A DNA stretch of 63,967 nt, counting the filler, from an uncultured Methanosarcinales archaeon (GTDB lineage Archaea > Nanobdellota > Nanobdellia > Woesearchaeales > CALCXY01), in NCBI GenBank assembly GCA_964385185.1. It is 7 parts of 7 records of this genome, joined end to end, with 100 filler letters (N's around TTAATTAATTAA, not from the genome) between each part and the next. Parts side by side here need not be neighbours in the genome. Positions count along the whole stretch, not along the records: positions 31,494 to 41,217 come from CAYLOA010000034.1; positions 41,318 to 50,877 come from CAYLOA010000035.1; 5 more parts are not named here. One strand, given 5' to 3'. Positions within the stretch are counted from its first letter, which is position 1, and every line of letters starts with the position of its first letter. Below the pieces are notes generated by a model that was given only the letters and a program-made list of their open reading frames with translations, was not told the origin of the DNA and did not search any database. Made by a program: the position numbers and the translations under genes. Below are positions 38,049-47,227 of this stretch, one piece after another.

Positions 38049-38717
38049 ATGTGGCCTTTTAGTAAAGACGAATCTCAAGAAATTATCACAATAAAAAACA
38101 ATGTAGAATCATCTTTCTCAAATGTCAAAGGAGATGTCTACAACATTTATGCATGGGTCAGACACCTCCAACAGTCCAACGAATTTCTAAAAGCTCAGGC
38201 CCAAAATACAAATCAACAATTACAAATAATTACCCAAAAATTGGACACATCCAACATTTCAAAAACTGAAATCAAACACATGATCGATGAACACTACTCC
38301 CACCACACTTCCCACCATTATGCACAATTTGACCATATTACCCAAAAATTAGACTCCATAGCAGATATAAACCGTCAAAAAACAGCAGATATCTTTGAAA
38401 GACTTGATATCATCTCAAAAAGAGTAGAACAGGTCGAAAATACCCCTATAGCCAAAAAGAGAACATTTAAGGAGAAAATAGTCCAAAAAATACAAAAATC
38501 ATCCAAAGACTACGTAAAATCAATCATTTTAAACTTCATTAGGAAGTATGAAAGAATATCAGCCCTCAAATTAAGAGAAATAGTAGTAGAAGAGCAAGGT
38601 TTGGCTTCAAAATCCTCATTCTACCGAATTTTGGAAGAAATAGAAGATCAAGAGGATATAACAATAATCAGAGAAGGAAAAGAGAAGATTTACATCCTTA
38701 AAATGGCCCAAAATTAG
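38049..38717 (+). CDS. Coiled-coil protein with C-terminal winged helix
   Basis: True start likely MWPFSK at 38049, after TTTATATA; the ORF-track extension reads through the repeat array. C-terminus ISALKLREIVVEEQGLASKSSFYRILEEI...IREGKEKIY. Confidence 0.8.
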   Translation: MWPFSKDESQEIITIKNNVESSFSNVKGDVYNIYAWVRHLQQSNEFLKAQAQNTNQQLQIITQKLDTSNISKTEIKHMIDEHYSHHTSHHYAQFDHITQKLDSIADINRQKTADIFERLDIISKRVEQVENTPIAKKRTFKEKIVQKIQKSSKDYVKSIILNFIRKYERISALKLREIVVEEQGLASKSSFYRILEEIEDQEDITIIREGKEKIYILKMAQN

Positions 38718-38727
38718 TGATTTCTTC

Positions 38728-38771
38728 CATTTTGTCGTCGGTACGACGACTCAAACAAAAAACTATTTAAA
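38728..38771. promoter_or_regulatory. GTCGTC-N5-GACGAC palindrome upstream of a TATA-like box
   Basis: CATTTTGTCGTC GGTAC GACGAC at 38728-38750; TATTTAAA at 38764. Confidence 0.6.
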
Positions 38772-38808
38772 CCCCTCATCTATAGAATATCTCAGGGGGT
38801 GAAATAAG

Positions 38809-39342
38809 GTGTTAGAACAAAAAAGAGAGAGTGCTGTAATACATACTGAATTGTTTTCTGAAGTCTTATCCACTATAAGAGAGGAGTTTGATGAACACTT
38901 AGAGTCTATAAACGACAATACTGCTGAGGTTCAACAGAGTTTCTCCTGTTTAGCAGAATTAGACGAAAAAATCAACAAATTAGCGACCAGATTAGAGAAG
39001 GTTGAGCTATATCTAGAGAATAAAGGCTTTGAAACGTCAGAAACGCCTAAATTCCATGTTAGAGACCTAACAGAGAGAGAAAAGTCCTTATTTTTGGTAA
39101 TATACAAGCTAGAGAACGAAAGGATGCCTATCACGTATAGATCAATCCAAAAACACAGCTGTCTACCAAAGACACTAATTCAAGGATATATTGCATCAAT
39201 GATTGAAAAAGGGATACCGATTACAAAATCCCATAAAAACAACATAGTGCAATTAAAGTTGGATCCACAGTTTAAGGCAATTCAAGCAAAACAAAATATT
39301 GTAAAACTTGAACAACAAACTTTGCAACATATTTTGGCCTAA
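38809..39342 (+). CDS. Coiled-coil protein with C-terminal winged helix
   Basis: N-terminal heptads; LTEREKSLFLVIY...ITYRSI...YIASMIEKGIPI; GGGGTGA RBS. Confidence 0.8.
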   Translation: MLEQKRESAVIHTELFSEVLSTIREEFDEHLESINDNTAEVQQSFSCLAELDEKINKLATRLEKVELYLENKGFETSETPKFHVRDLTEREKSLFLVIYKLENERMPITYRSIQKHSCLPKTLIQGYIASMIEKGIPITKSHKNNIVQLKLDPQFKAIQAKQNIVKLEQQTLQHILA

Positions 39343-39457
39343 AATCCAGCAATAAAACCTTTAATCAAAGATTAAAAGTTTTAATCTATTACATACCATA
39401 TGGAAAATAATTACCAATTTTCCAAAGATTGACCCATTGGCACATCAAACAACAAAA

Positions 39458-39485
39458 GGTTCTCTTAATACAAGTTAGGAGAACT
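39458..39485. other. Candidate XerA recombination site (dif)
   Basis: GGTTCTCTTAA-TACAAG-TTAGGAGAACT: 11-6-11 inverted arms with TAA-N6-TTA core, about 0.9 kb from xerA; the same arm occurs at the xerA start. Confidence 0.75.
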
Positions 39486-39588
39486 TTTCCTTCGGGGAAT
39501 TCCCGAATACGCAAAATACCCCTTATTCGCACTCAAAAGGTAGGGGTAGAAAAGCAAGTTTTTTAAGTATTTTAACAATTCTAAGAAT

Positions 39589-39897
39589 ATGAGACAAAGA
39601 TACCATCTGCATAAAGCAAATGCTTTAGAGATTGATGATAATGGGAAAGTGTATGAAATTGGTAGAGTAACAGAACCCCAACCATTGATTGGGACCTTTG
39701 AAAACTTCTATTTAACAATGGGTGATGCAAAAAATCAACCAATGGGAAACGGATATTTCTTTGCAGATCAAGACCTGATAGATAAATTAGGAAATCCTAT
39801 TGCAGATAAACCAAGACCAGGTGTTCATATTTTAATTAAAACTGGAATTACATATCTTTTCAGCAATCCTATACAAGCCATTGCAAAAAGAAGATAA
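39589..39897 (+). CDS. Hypothetical protein
   Basis: 102-aa ORF with AT-rich upstream box. Confidence 0.55.
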   Translation: MRQRYHLHKANALEIDDNGKVYEIGRVTEPQPLIGTFENFYLTMGDAKNQPMGNGYFFADQDLIDKLGNPIADKPRPGVHILIKTGITYLFSNPIQAIAKRR

Positions 39898-39976
39898 ATC
39901 CTATATCCTACACCACTAAATAAACTTTTAATCAATAATTAAAACTTTTATTCTATTTATTACCATACTGAAACTA

Positions 39977-40327
39977 TTAATCAAACTTTGCGCCAAGTCC
40001 AACAGTACTCAATCGCTTATTCACTTCATCTGCAGTAATATAGCCATCCCCGCTTTCATCTACTACTTTTACATTAGTCGGATACTGGAAAGAGATCCCC
40101 ATCGCATAATGTGCAGCAATAGTGAGAGATTCTTTGGGATTATTTCCCACTTCAATCATAGTAAAATATTTAGTTTTTCCAATCCTACAATAAGCGTGAT
40201 TACCTTGAATATAGGCACCATCAGCACCCATTCTTTTTTTAACGATATGTTGCACACCTTTATCTATAGGTTTACATCCAGAAAATAACAATAGTGCACA
40301 TAAAGTGAGTTCAGTAATCCTTCCCAT
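39977..40327 (-). CDS. Putative lipoprotein with EF-hand-like loop
   Basis: LLLFSGC lipobox-like; DESGDGYITADE. Confidence 0.6.
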   Translation of the reverse strand: MGRITELTLCALLLFSGCKPIDKGVQHIVKKRMGADGAYIQGNHAYCRIGKTKYFTMIEVGNNPKESLTIAAHYAMGISFQYPTNVKVVDESGDGYITADEVNKRLSTVGLGAKFD

Positions 40328-40377
40328 ACAGAATAAATTATTACTTCAATTAAAAACATATAGCTACTGCAAAATAA

Positions 40378-41196
40378 TCAATCCAAAGGACTTCTAACTT
40401 TCTTCAATTGTTCCCTACTCACCTTAGTATATCTTTCAGTAGTAGAAAGATTACTATGCCCTAATAATTCCTGAATAATCCTAATGTCAGTCCCATTCTC
40501 AAGTAAGTGAGTTGCAAAACTACTCCTTAATGCGTGTGGGAATACTCTTTTGGTCATTCCCAAACGGGAAGCAGCCAACTTCACAATCTTCTGTCCCATT
40601 TTAGTCGTGATACACCTATCTCCAATATTGAATAAAAAAGGGTTATTCCCAGCTTTCTTAGCACGTTTCTTCAAATATTTGGGAATGTCTTTTACAAAAC
40701 CTTCTGATAATATAATATGTCGATCCTTACGACCCTTACCACTCACCACCATCCCCATTCTCTCTTCAACATTCAAATCTTCAATTTTTATACTTGTTGC
40801 TTCACTCACACGAAGCCCAGAACCATACAAAAACTTCAAAAACAACCGATGTTTAACATTCTTAGTATTTGAAATCATTGCTTGAATCTCTTCCTTATCC
40901 AACACAACTGGAATCTTCTTTTCAGATTTAGGAGCCTCAATCTTAGCAAATAAATCCTTTTCTAATATTTTTTTATAGTAAAATCGCAAGGCACAAAGAG
41001 CCAAATTAACAGAGGCAGGTTTTAACTTCCTATCGCTAATCAAATGCCCCAGATAAGCCTTCACATCACTCTCTTCAACTTCAGAAGCCTCTTTACCACT
41101 AAAACCAAGAAAAGCTTTGTTATGATACATATACGACTCCACAGTCTTATCAGTAAAGCCACGTAGCTTTAATTCAGACTCTAATTCTTTTAACAT
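40378..41196 (-). CDS. xerA: XerA-type tyrosine recombinase
   Basis: GLRVSE, GKGRKDR, HALRSSFATHLLE, LLGH, TTERYT: all catalytic R-K-H-R-H-Y present; no IntI-specific insertion. Confidence 0.9.
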   Translation of the reverse strand: MLKELESELKLRGFTDKTVESYMYHNKAFLGFSGKEASEVEESDVKAYLGHLISDRKLKPASVNLALCALRFYYKKILEKDLFAKIEAPKSEKKIPVVLDKEEIQAMISNTKNVKHRLFLKFLYGSGLRVSEATSIKIEDLNVEERMGMVVSGKGRKDRHIILSEGFVKDIPKYLKKRAKKAGNNPFLFNIGDRCITTKMGQKIVKLAASRLGMTKRVFPHALRSSFATHLLENGTDIRIIQELLGHSNLSTTERYTKVSREQLKKVRSPLD

Positions 41197-41217
41197 TAGA
41201 CATTAAGAGAACTTTTA

Positions 41218-41317
41218 NNNNNNNNNNNNNNNNNNNNNNNNNNNNNNNNNNNNNNNNNNNNTTAATTAATTAANNNNNNNNNNNNNNNNNNNNNNNNNNN
41301 NNNNNNNNNNNNNNNNN
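41218..41317. other. Artificial contig linker
   Basis: N-run with TTAATTAATTAA. Confidence 0.99.
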
Positions 41318-42514
41318 GTATTAGCTGAGGCTTTAGAGGTTGTTAAGCCTTCAGAAGAAGAGAGAAATGATGTTTCTGATAGAGTGAAGTCTTTTATGAA
41401 GAAGTTAAAGAAACATACTGGGGTTCAGTTTCAATTAGGGGGGAGTGGAGCTAAGGGTACTTGGACAAAAGGGATAAAAGATGCTGATGTCTATGCTAAG
41501 TTTAGTTTGAGTATGTATAAAGATAAGAGTGCTGAGATTAGTGATGTATTAGAGAAGCTCATCAAAGTTAAGGGTGTTAAACGATTACATGGAAGTAGAG
41601 ATTATTATCAGGTGAGGGTGGATGGATTTTTGTTTGAGATTATTCCTATTATGAATATCACTAATGCTGATCAAGCTTTGAATATTACTGATATTAGTCC
41701 TTTACATACAAAGTATGTTATAAAAAATAAAAAATATCAGGATGATATTATTTTAGCTAAAGCTTTTTTCAAAGCTAATGGAATTTATGGTGCAGAGTCT
41801 TACATTAAAGGGATGAGTGGGTATGTTATTGAGGTTCTTGTTATTCATTATGGTGGATTTGAGAAATTTGTTCGAGCTTGTGCTAAGTGGGGAGAGAAAG
41901 TTGTTTTAGATCCTAAGAAGTATCACAAGAATGTGTTGTTGGAAGTGAATAAAAGTAAATTGGATAGTCCTTTAATTTTAATTGATCCTGTTGAGCGTGG
42001 TCGTAATGCTGCTGCAGCTGTTGGAGAAGAGAAATTTGCTGATCTTGTTTCTGTTTGTAAAAAGTTTGTTAAGAAAGCAAAATCAGATTATTTTATTCCT
42101 CAAATATTTAGTTTGGATAAGGTAAAAGGAGATATTGTTTTAGAAGTAAGTGCAAAAAGTGGGAAACAAGATGTTGTTGGAAGTAAATTATTAAAAGTGT
42201 TTGAATATGTTGATAAACGATTGGATGATTTTAGTCCTAAAGGAGAATGGCATTGGGATGGTAAAGCTTGGATGTGGTGGAAGCTTAAGCATGTTAAGTT
42301 GAGTGAATATGAAGAACGAATTGGACCACCTGTTAAGATTGAACATGCTGTTAAGAAATTTAAGAAAAAGTATAGAAAGGCATTTGTTAAGAAAGGTAGA
42401 ATGTATGCTAAAGTTAAAAGGGATGAGAGAGATGTTAAAGATATTGTTAATGCTGTTATTAGGGAGAAGTATGTGCAAGAACGAGTGAAAGGTGTGAAAT
42501 GGCTAACGAATTAA
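41318..42514 (+). CDS. cca: Archaeal class I CCA-adding tRNA nucleotidyltransferase (5'-truncated)
   Basis: GGSGAKGTW...DADVY, DISPLH, YGAESYIKGMSGY, IDPV..RNAAAA. Confidence 0.9.
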   Translation, partial: VLAEALEVVKPSEEERNDVSDRVKSFMKKLKKHTGVQFQLGGSGAKGTWTKGIKDADVYAKFSLSMYKDKSAEISDVLEKLIKVKGVKRLHGSRDYYQVRVDGFLFEIIPIMNITNADQALNITDISPLHTKYVIKNKKYQDDIILAKAFFKANGIYGAESYIKGMSGYVIEVLVIHYGGFEKFVRACAKWGEKVVLDPKKYHKNVLLEVNKSKLDSPLILIDPVERGRNAAAAVGEEKFADLVSVCKKFVKKAKSDYFIPQIFSLDKVKGDIVLEVSAKSGKQDVVGSKLLKVFEYVDKRLDDFSPKGEWHWDGKAWMWWKLKHVKLSEYEERIGPPVKIEHAVKKFKKKYRKAFVKKGRMYAKVKRDERDVKDIVNAVIREKYVQERVKGVKWLTN

Positions 42515-42978
42515 TTACTTTAGTGTTGTTGACTTTAGCTCCGTTTTTGGAGCTACGTGCTAGTATTCCCTATGGTATTTTAGTTGGTGGCATGCATTGG
42601 TTCTTTGTGATGGTTGTTGCTATTTTTGTTAATATTATTTTAGGGGCATTTTTGTATGTGTTTATTGATAAGTTTATTCATATTTTGGAAAAGGTTCCGG
42701 TTTTTCATCGGTTTTGGGAGAAAACAGTTGAGAAGACACAGAGGAAGATAGAACCTTATGTTGAGAAATATGGAGAGTGGGGATTGGCGTTATTTATTGG
42801 TATTCCTTTGCCTGGATCTGGGGTGTATTCAGGAGCTATTGCTGCTTATTTATTGGGGATGGATTATAAGAAGTTTATGATGGCAGTTGTTGCTGGAGTG
42901 ATGATTGCAGGAACGATTGTTACTTTAGTTGTTTATACTGGAAATGGAGCTTTAGGGATATTTTTGAAGGGGATTTAG
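42499..42978 (+). CDS. Small multidrug export (COG2426-like) membrane protein
   Basis: PFLELRASIP, FIGIPLPGSG. Confidence 0.85.
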   Translation: MANELITLVLLTLAPFLELRASIPYGILVGGMHWFFVMVVAIFVNIILGAFLYVFIDKFIHILEKVPVFHRFWEKTVEKTQRKIEPYVEKYGEWGLALFIGIPLPGSGVYSGAIAAYLLGMDYKKFMMAVVAGVMIAGTIVTLVVYTGNGALGIFLKGI

Positions 42979-43014
42979 AGAAATTGTTATAAATAAGGTG
43001 ATATTTCTTTATTT

Positions 43015-43827
43015 ATGTCGGATGAGAATTTGATACTCTATTCAGGAATTATAGATGCAAAAATTTTACTAAATATGGCTGTTGATTTCTGTGAAAGAGT
43101 AGATGATGAGATACAATTAGGCTATAATCTAGCAGAGCAGCAGGTGGGAGAGAATGATGAATCTCGATTAAATCATATGCTTAATTTACTAGATATTTGT
43201 ATAACTTATAATGGAACAGCTATAGAATATTTTTATAGAGGGATGGGGAGAGTTAGATTTAGCTTTCATATACCAGAGGAAGATCGAATAAGTGTACTGG
43301 AGAATGCCATAAGTGACCTTACACATAGTATTGAATTAGAAAATAAAGGAGATAATTCGTTTGATACCAATCATGATTTCAACAGAGCACTCTTGTGGAG
43401 GGGCGTTGCAAGAGTGCAATTCTCGTATATGTTGGACCCTTATGATGGTGATTCATTCAGAAATACATTGGAGTATGCAGTTCAAGACTTTGAGAAGAGT
43501 CAGCTTTTGGAAGAACTACCTGGCACAACCTATGAAATTATCCAAACTCGATTTGGGTTGTCAGACTGGGTTCCTGAAAATGAGGTAGGTGAAGTTCTTG
43601 CACCGGTTGAACCTTTGATTGAGTCTTTAATTGGCATAGATTGTGAAGATGAACATCTTGTTGTCTATGCTGAAATGATGAATGATTTAGCTGAAAGGAT
43701 TCCTGAAGCATTATCTAGATTGAAAATGAAATCTTTGGAGATTTATGAACTTATTCAAGAACCAGAAGAGGACGTTAAAGAGTGTATCCAAAACTTGAGG
43801 TCAGAAATTAATGAATTGTATCAATGA
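43015..43827 (+). CDS. Acidic helical (TPR-like) hypothetical protein
   Basis: Repeated YRGxxRVxFS...A(I/V)xD helices. Confidence 0.6.
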   Translation: MSDENLILYSGIIDAKILLNMAVDFCERVDDEIQLGYNLAEQQVGENDESRLNHMLNLLDICITYNGTAIEYFYRGMGRVRFSFHIPEEDRISVLENAISDLTHSIELENKGDNSFDTNHDFNRALLWRGVARVQFSYMLDPYDGDSFRNTLEYAVQDFEKSQLLEELPGTTYEIIQTRFGLSDWVPENEVGEVLAPVEPLIESLIGIDCEDEHLVVYAEMMNDLAERIPEALSRLKMKSLEIYELIQEPEEDVKECIQNLRSEINELYQ

Positions 43828-43869
43828 GGGACATAAATAGATATAAAGTAGTGTAGTTGTATTATTTCT

Positions 43870-44724
43870 ATGGAAGGTTGGGAGTTTTCTGATATTAAGG
43901 GTATTGATTCTGATAAGAAGGTAGCTTTTGTTGATGGGGGGCAGGGGTTGTTGGTGCATAGTCCTGAGTTGGTTGTTGGATTGGTAAGGATCGTTGGTGT
44001 TGTGTATGATGGGTTGGAGAAAGTTGATACTTTGATGTGGGAGAGCGAAGTAGAAATTAAACCTGTAGTTGAGGGAGATTATTTGACGTATGAAGCTACT
44101 GTTTCAAAGTTGGGGAAGAGTTATTCTTTTGCAGCTGAGGATAAACGGTTGAGACTTGGTGTTGAGAGTGCAGATATTGGATTTTTATTAGGTGTTGTTC
44201 GCAAATTATTGGAGTGGGAGATGCTTTCTGAGATTATGGATAAAGTTGTGGGAGGATATGTTGTTCGAGATGGAGATTTGAAGATACGATATCCTTATGA
44301 GCAGGAATTGTATGATGCTTTGAAATTAAAAGGGGAGCAGCTTAGTGTAGGGATTTCAGGTATTAGTAAAACTAGTAAGATGTTGGACAGTAAAGGTCGG
44401 AGTGTATTGGCTATTTTGGGTGAAAAAGAAGGAGTCTGGTGTGGGAAGTCTGAAGAAGGTATGGTGGTGAAGTTGCATGCTGATAGTAAGTATGTGTTTG
44501 TGTTTGATTGTGTTGGTAATGATGAGGTTTTATCTGTTTTGAAGCAATTTAGCAGAGATATTAGTGTTTTAGGTTATCCCTATGGTTTATTTGAGGCTGA
44601 CGGGTTAGCTCGAGTGAGTAATCATGAAAAAGAGTATTTTCGGGTAAAAAAGCGGTTTACTGAAGGGAATATTGAACCATTAGAACGAAGTTTAGACTTT
44701 CATAGTGTTCTTGATAGCTTATAA
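43870..44724 (+). CDS. nurA: NurA-family nuclease
   Basis: FVDGG, VRDG, ISKTS, GYPYGLFEADGLARV, H..LD. Confidence 0.8.
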   Translation: MEGWEFSDIKGIDSDKKVAFVDGGQGLLVHSPELVVGLVRIVGVVYDGLEKVDTLMWESEVEIKPVVEGDYLTYEATVSKLGKSYSFAAEDKRLRLGVESADIGFLLGVVRKLLEWEMLSEIMDKVVGGYVVRDGDLKIRYPYEQELYDALKLKGEQLSVGISGISKTSKMLDSKGRSVLAILGEKEGVWCGKSEEGMVVKLHADSKYVFVFDCVGNDEVLSVLKQFSRDISVLGYPYGLFEADGLARVSNHEKEYFRVKKRFTEGNIEPLERSLDFHSVLDSL

Positions 44725-44902
44725 ATGGGTGGATTTTACAAAAATCCATCATTTATATACTCCTCCAAAATAGTGATTTTTCTTACCTAATGGGGACAGA
44801 TGTTTACGAAAGCTTTAAATAGTCGTTTTGGCCGTTGTCACTATCTGAGGAATAAAACTATTCTTCAAATAATGATAAAAAAATAAAAAAAAGAGGTGCT
44901 AT

Positions 44903-45253
44903 ATGGATAAGAAACTGGGACACTATTCCTTTATTATAGGAGTTATCCTAGCTATCGTACTTGGATTAGTTAGTTTGGGAACAGCTACTGTTTGGCTGAG
45001 TTCATTACTAGTTATTCTGGGACTGTTAGTTGGATTTATTAACGTGTCAGGAAAAGAAACAAGAGAATTTTTGATGGTTAGCGCAGTGTTAATCATAGCA
45101 GCTGGTGTAGGCGGTGCAAGTAACACTCTAGGAAGTGTTCAAGCGGTCGGACCTTACTTAAGCGGCGTATTTACACAAGTATTGGCATTCGTTGTACCTG
45201 CAACTGTTGTAGTTTGCTTAAAGGACATTTGGATGTTAGGACAAAACGCTTAA
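44903..45253 (+). CDS. Small 4-TM membrane protein
   Basis: Hydrophobic; GLLVGFINV...E..EFL; GAGGTG RBS. Confidence 0.75.
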   Translation: MDKKLGHYSFIIGVILAIVLGLVSLGTATVWLSSLLVILGLLVGFINVSGKETREFLMVSAVLIIAAGVGGASNTLGSVQAVGPYLSGVFTQVLAFVVPATVVVCLKDIWMLGQNA

Positions 45254-45346
45254 TTGCGTTTTGATTTTTTTTCTTTTTTTTTTCTAGATTTTTTATGAAC
45301 ACTGTTTCTCGTAAGTTTTAAATATGGCTCTTCTGCAAAATAGCTT

Positions 45347-46309
45347 ATGTATGATATAATTACTGTGGGGAGTGCTACGGTTGATACGTTTATAGAGACA
45401 GAAGGGAAGTATTGTAAAAACGGATTGTATTCTTTTCCTGTGGGTGAGAAATTATTGACTAAGAGTGTTCGAAATTATACAGGGGGGAGTGCAACAAACA
45501 CTTCTGTAGGGTTTTCTAAACTTGGATTAAAGGTTGCTGCAGTGTGTAGTATTGGTGTTGGTAACAATAGTGAGCGAGTTATGGGTAATTTGAAGGAAAA
45601 TGGTGTAGATACTCGGTTTGTTGAACGGAAAAAGAATCAACGGACAGGATTTAGTATTATTCTAAATGCAAAACATAAAGATCGAACTATTTTTGCTTTC
45701 AAGGGAAGTAATGATCTCCTGTGTAAAGATTGTATGGATGACAAAGCTTTGTATTTGACCAAATGGATGTATTTTGGTAGTTTAATGGGGAAAAGTTTTG
45801 AAACTTTTAAGAAATTAGTTAAGATGTGTCATGAAAAAGGAATCAAGGTTGCGTTTAATCCATCTCATTATTTAGCGAAACAAGGAACTAAGATGTTAGG
45901 AGAGGTATTGAGTTATTGTGATGTGGTCATATTGAACAAAGAGGAAGCTCAAGTTCTATTTAAACAAAAAGATGTTATGAAATGTTTGAAAGGCTTTCAT
46001 AAGCTTGGTGTTGAAGTGAGTGTTATTACTGATGGCAGTGGAACGATACATGCTTATGATGGATTTAGATGTTATACAGTAAAGCCACACAAAATTAATG
46101 TTGTTGAAACTACTGGAGCAGGAGATGCTTTTGCAACTGGCTTTGTAGGTGCGCTTGTCAAAGGATTAAGTGTAGGAGATGCTATACCTATGGGATTAAG
46201 CAATTCACAATCAGTTATCACGCATTTTGGTGCTAAAGATAAATTGTTATCTTGGGATGAAGTTCAAGTTGCTGTTAAAAAAGCCAAGTATAAGGTGGTA
46301 GCGTGTTAA
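45347..46309 (+). CDS. PfkB-family carbohydrate kinase
   Basis: GGSATN, NKEEA, ETTGAGDAFATG. Confidence 0.92.
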   Translation: MYDIITVGSATVDTFIETEGKYCKNGLYSFPVGEKLLTKSVRNYTGGSATNTSVGFSKLGLKVAAVCSIGVGNNSERVMGNLKENGVDTRFVERKKNQRTGFSIILNAKHKDRTIFAFKGSNDLLCKDCMDDKALYLTKWMYFGSLMGKSFETFKKLVKMCHEKGIKVAFNPSHYLAKQGTKMLGEVLSYCDVVILNKEEAQVLFKQKDVMKCLKGFHKLGVEVSVITDGSGTIHAYDGFRCYTVKPHKINVVETTGAGDAFATGFVGALVKGLSVGDAIPMGLSNSQSVITHFGAKDKLLSWDEVQVAVKKAKYKVVAC

Positions 46310-47211
46310 TTTCTGGGAAAAAATTACTTGATACGGCTCAGACTGGTAGGTATTGTGTGGGGGCTTTTAACTTTGCAGATATGGAAGTGTTTCAAGCTAT
46401 TGTTGATGCTGCTAAAAAAGAAAACAGTCCTGTTATATGTCAAACTTCAGAAGGGGCTATTAAGTATGCAGGACTTGAGTATCTATATGCTATGGGTAGG
46501 GTTGGTAGTAAACAGTGTAGTATGGCTTTACATTTAGATCATGGTAGAGATTTAGATATTGTTAAGCAGTGTATAAAGATTGGATACAGTTCTGTTATGT
46601 ATGATGGGAGTCATTTAGACTTTGAAGAAAATATTAGGATTACTAAGAAAGTTGTTGGTTGGGCTCATAAGAAAGGTGTTTCTGTTGAAGCTGAATTAGG
46701 AACTATCGGTGGGGCTGAAGATAAAATTGTAAGTCGGGAGATTATTGTTACTGATCCTGTTGATGCTGTGCAGTTTGTTGAAAAAACAGGGTGTGATAGT
46801 TTGGCAATAGCAATTGGAACTTCACATGGTGCTTACAAATTTGCTGGGAAGAGTAAGTTGGATATTAAAAGATTGAAGGAGATTGATCGATTAGTTGATG
46901 TTCCACTTGTTTTGCATGGAGCTTCAAGTGTTCCTCAGAGTATCGTTAGAAAGGCTGAGAAGTATGGTGCGAAATTAGGTAATCCTCATGGTGTTCGAGA
47001 GAGTGAGCTTCGTAAGGCTGTAAAGAATGGGATTAATAAGATTAATACTGATACGGATCTTAGATTATGTTTTGATGCTACGGTTCGTGAGATTATACAG
47101 AAAAAGCCAGGAGTGTTTGATCCTCGGCATATCTTAGGTCCTGCACGTTCGGAGATTACTAAGTTGATTCGTGGGAAGATGCGATTGTTTGGGAGTAGTG
47201 GGAAGATTTAA
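46303..47211 (+). CDS. fba: Class II fructose-1,6-bisphosphate aldolase
   Basis: HLDHG, SVMYDGS, EAELG, GTSHG, LHGAS, KINTDT. Confidence 0.95.
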   Translation: MLISGKKLLDTAQTGRYCVGAFNFADMEVFQAIVDAAKKENSPVICQTSEGAIKYAGLEYLYAMGRVGSKQCSMALHLDHGRDLDIVKQCIKIGYSSVMYDGSHLDFEENIRITKKVVGWAHKKGVSVEAELGTIGGAEDKIVSREIIVTDPVDAVQFVEKTGCDSLAIAIGTSHGAYKFAGKSKLDIKRLKEIDRLVDVPLVLHGASSVPQSIVRKAEKYGAKLGNPHGVRESELRKAVKNGINKINTDTDLRLCFDATVREIIQKKPGVFDPRHILGPARSEITKLIRGKMRLFGSSGKI

Positions 47212-47227
47212 AAATAGGCTATAATTC

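Larger units (their letters stand above)
39355..39973. repeat. Pair of imperfect 52-bp direct repeats (39355-39406, 39922-39973) with an internal palindrome
   Basis: 42/52 identical; TAAAACCTTTAATC-AAA-GATTAAAAGTTTTA. Confidence 0.75.

Noticed and set aside
40378..41196. Integron integrase or proviral integrase
   Set aside because: Lacks the IntI-specific insertion; size and motifs fit XerA; no viral genes or tRNA att site nearby
43870..44724. nurA without adjacent herA/mre11/rad50
   Set aside because: Fragmented assembly; partners may lie elsewhere, so absence here is not informative
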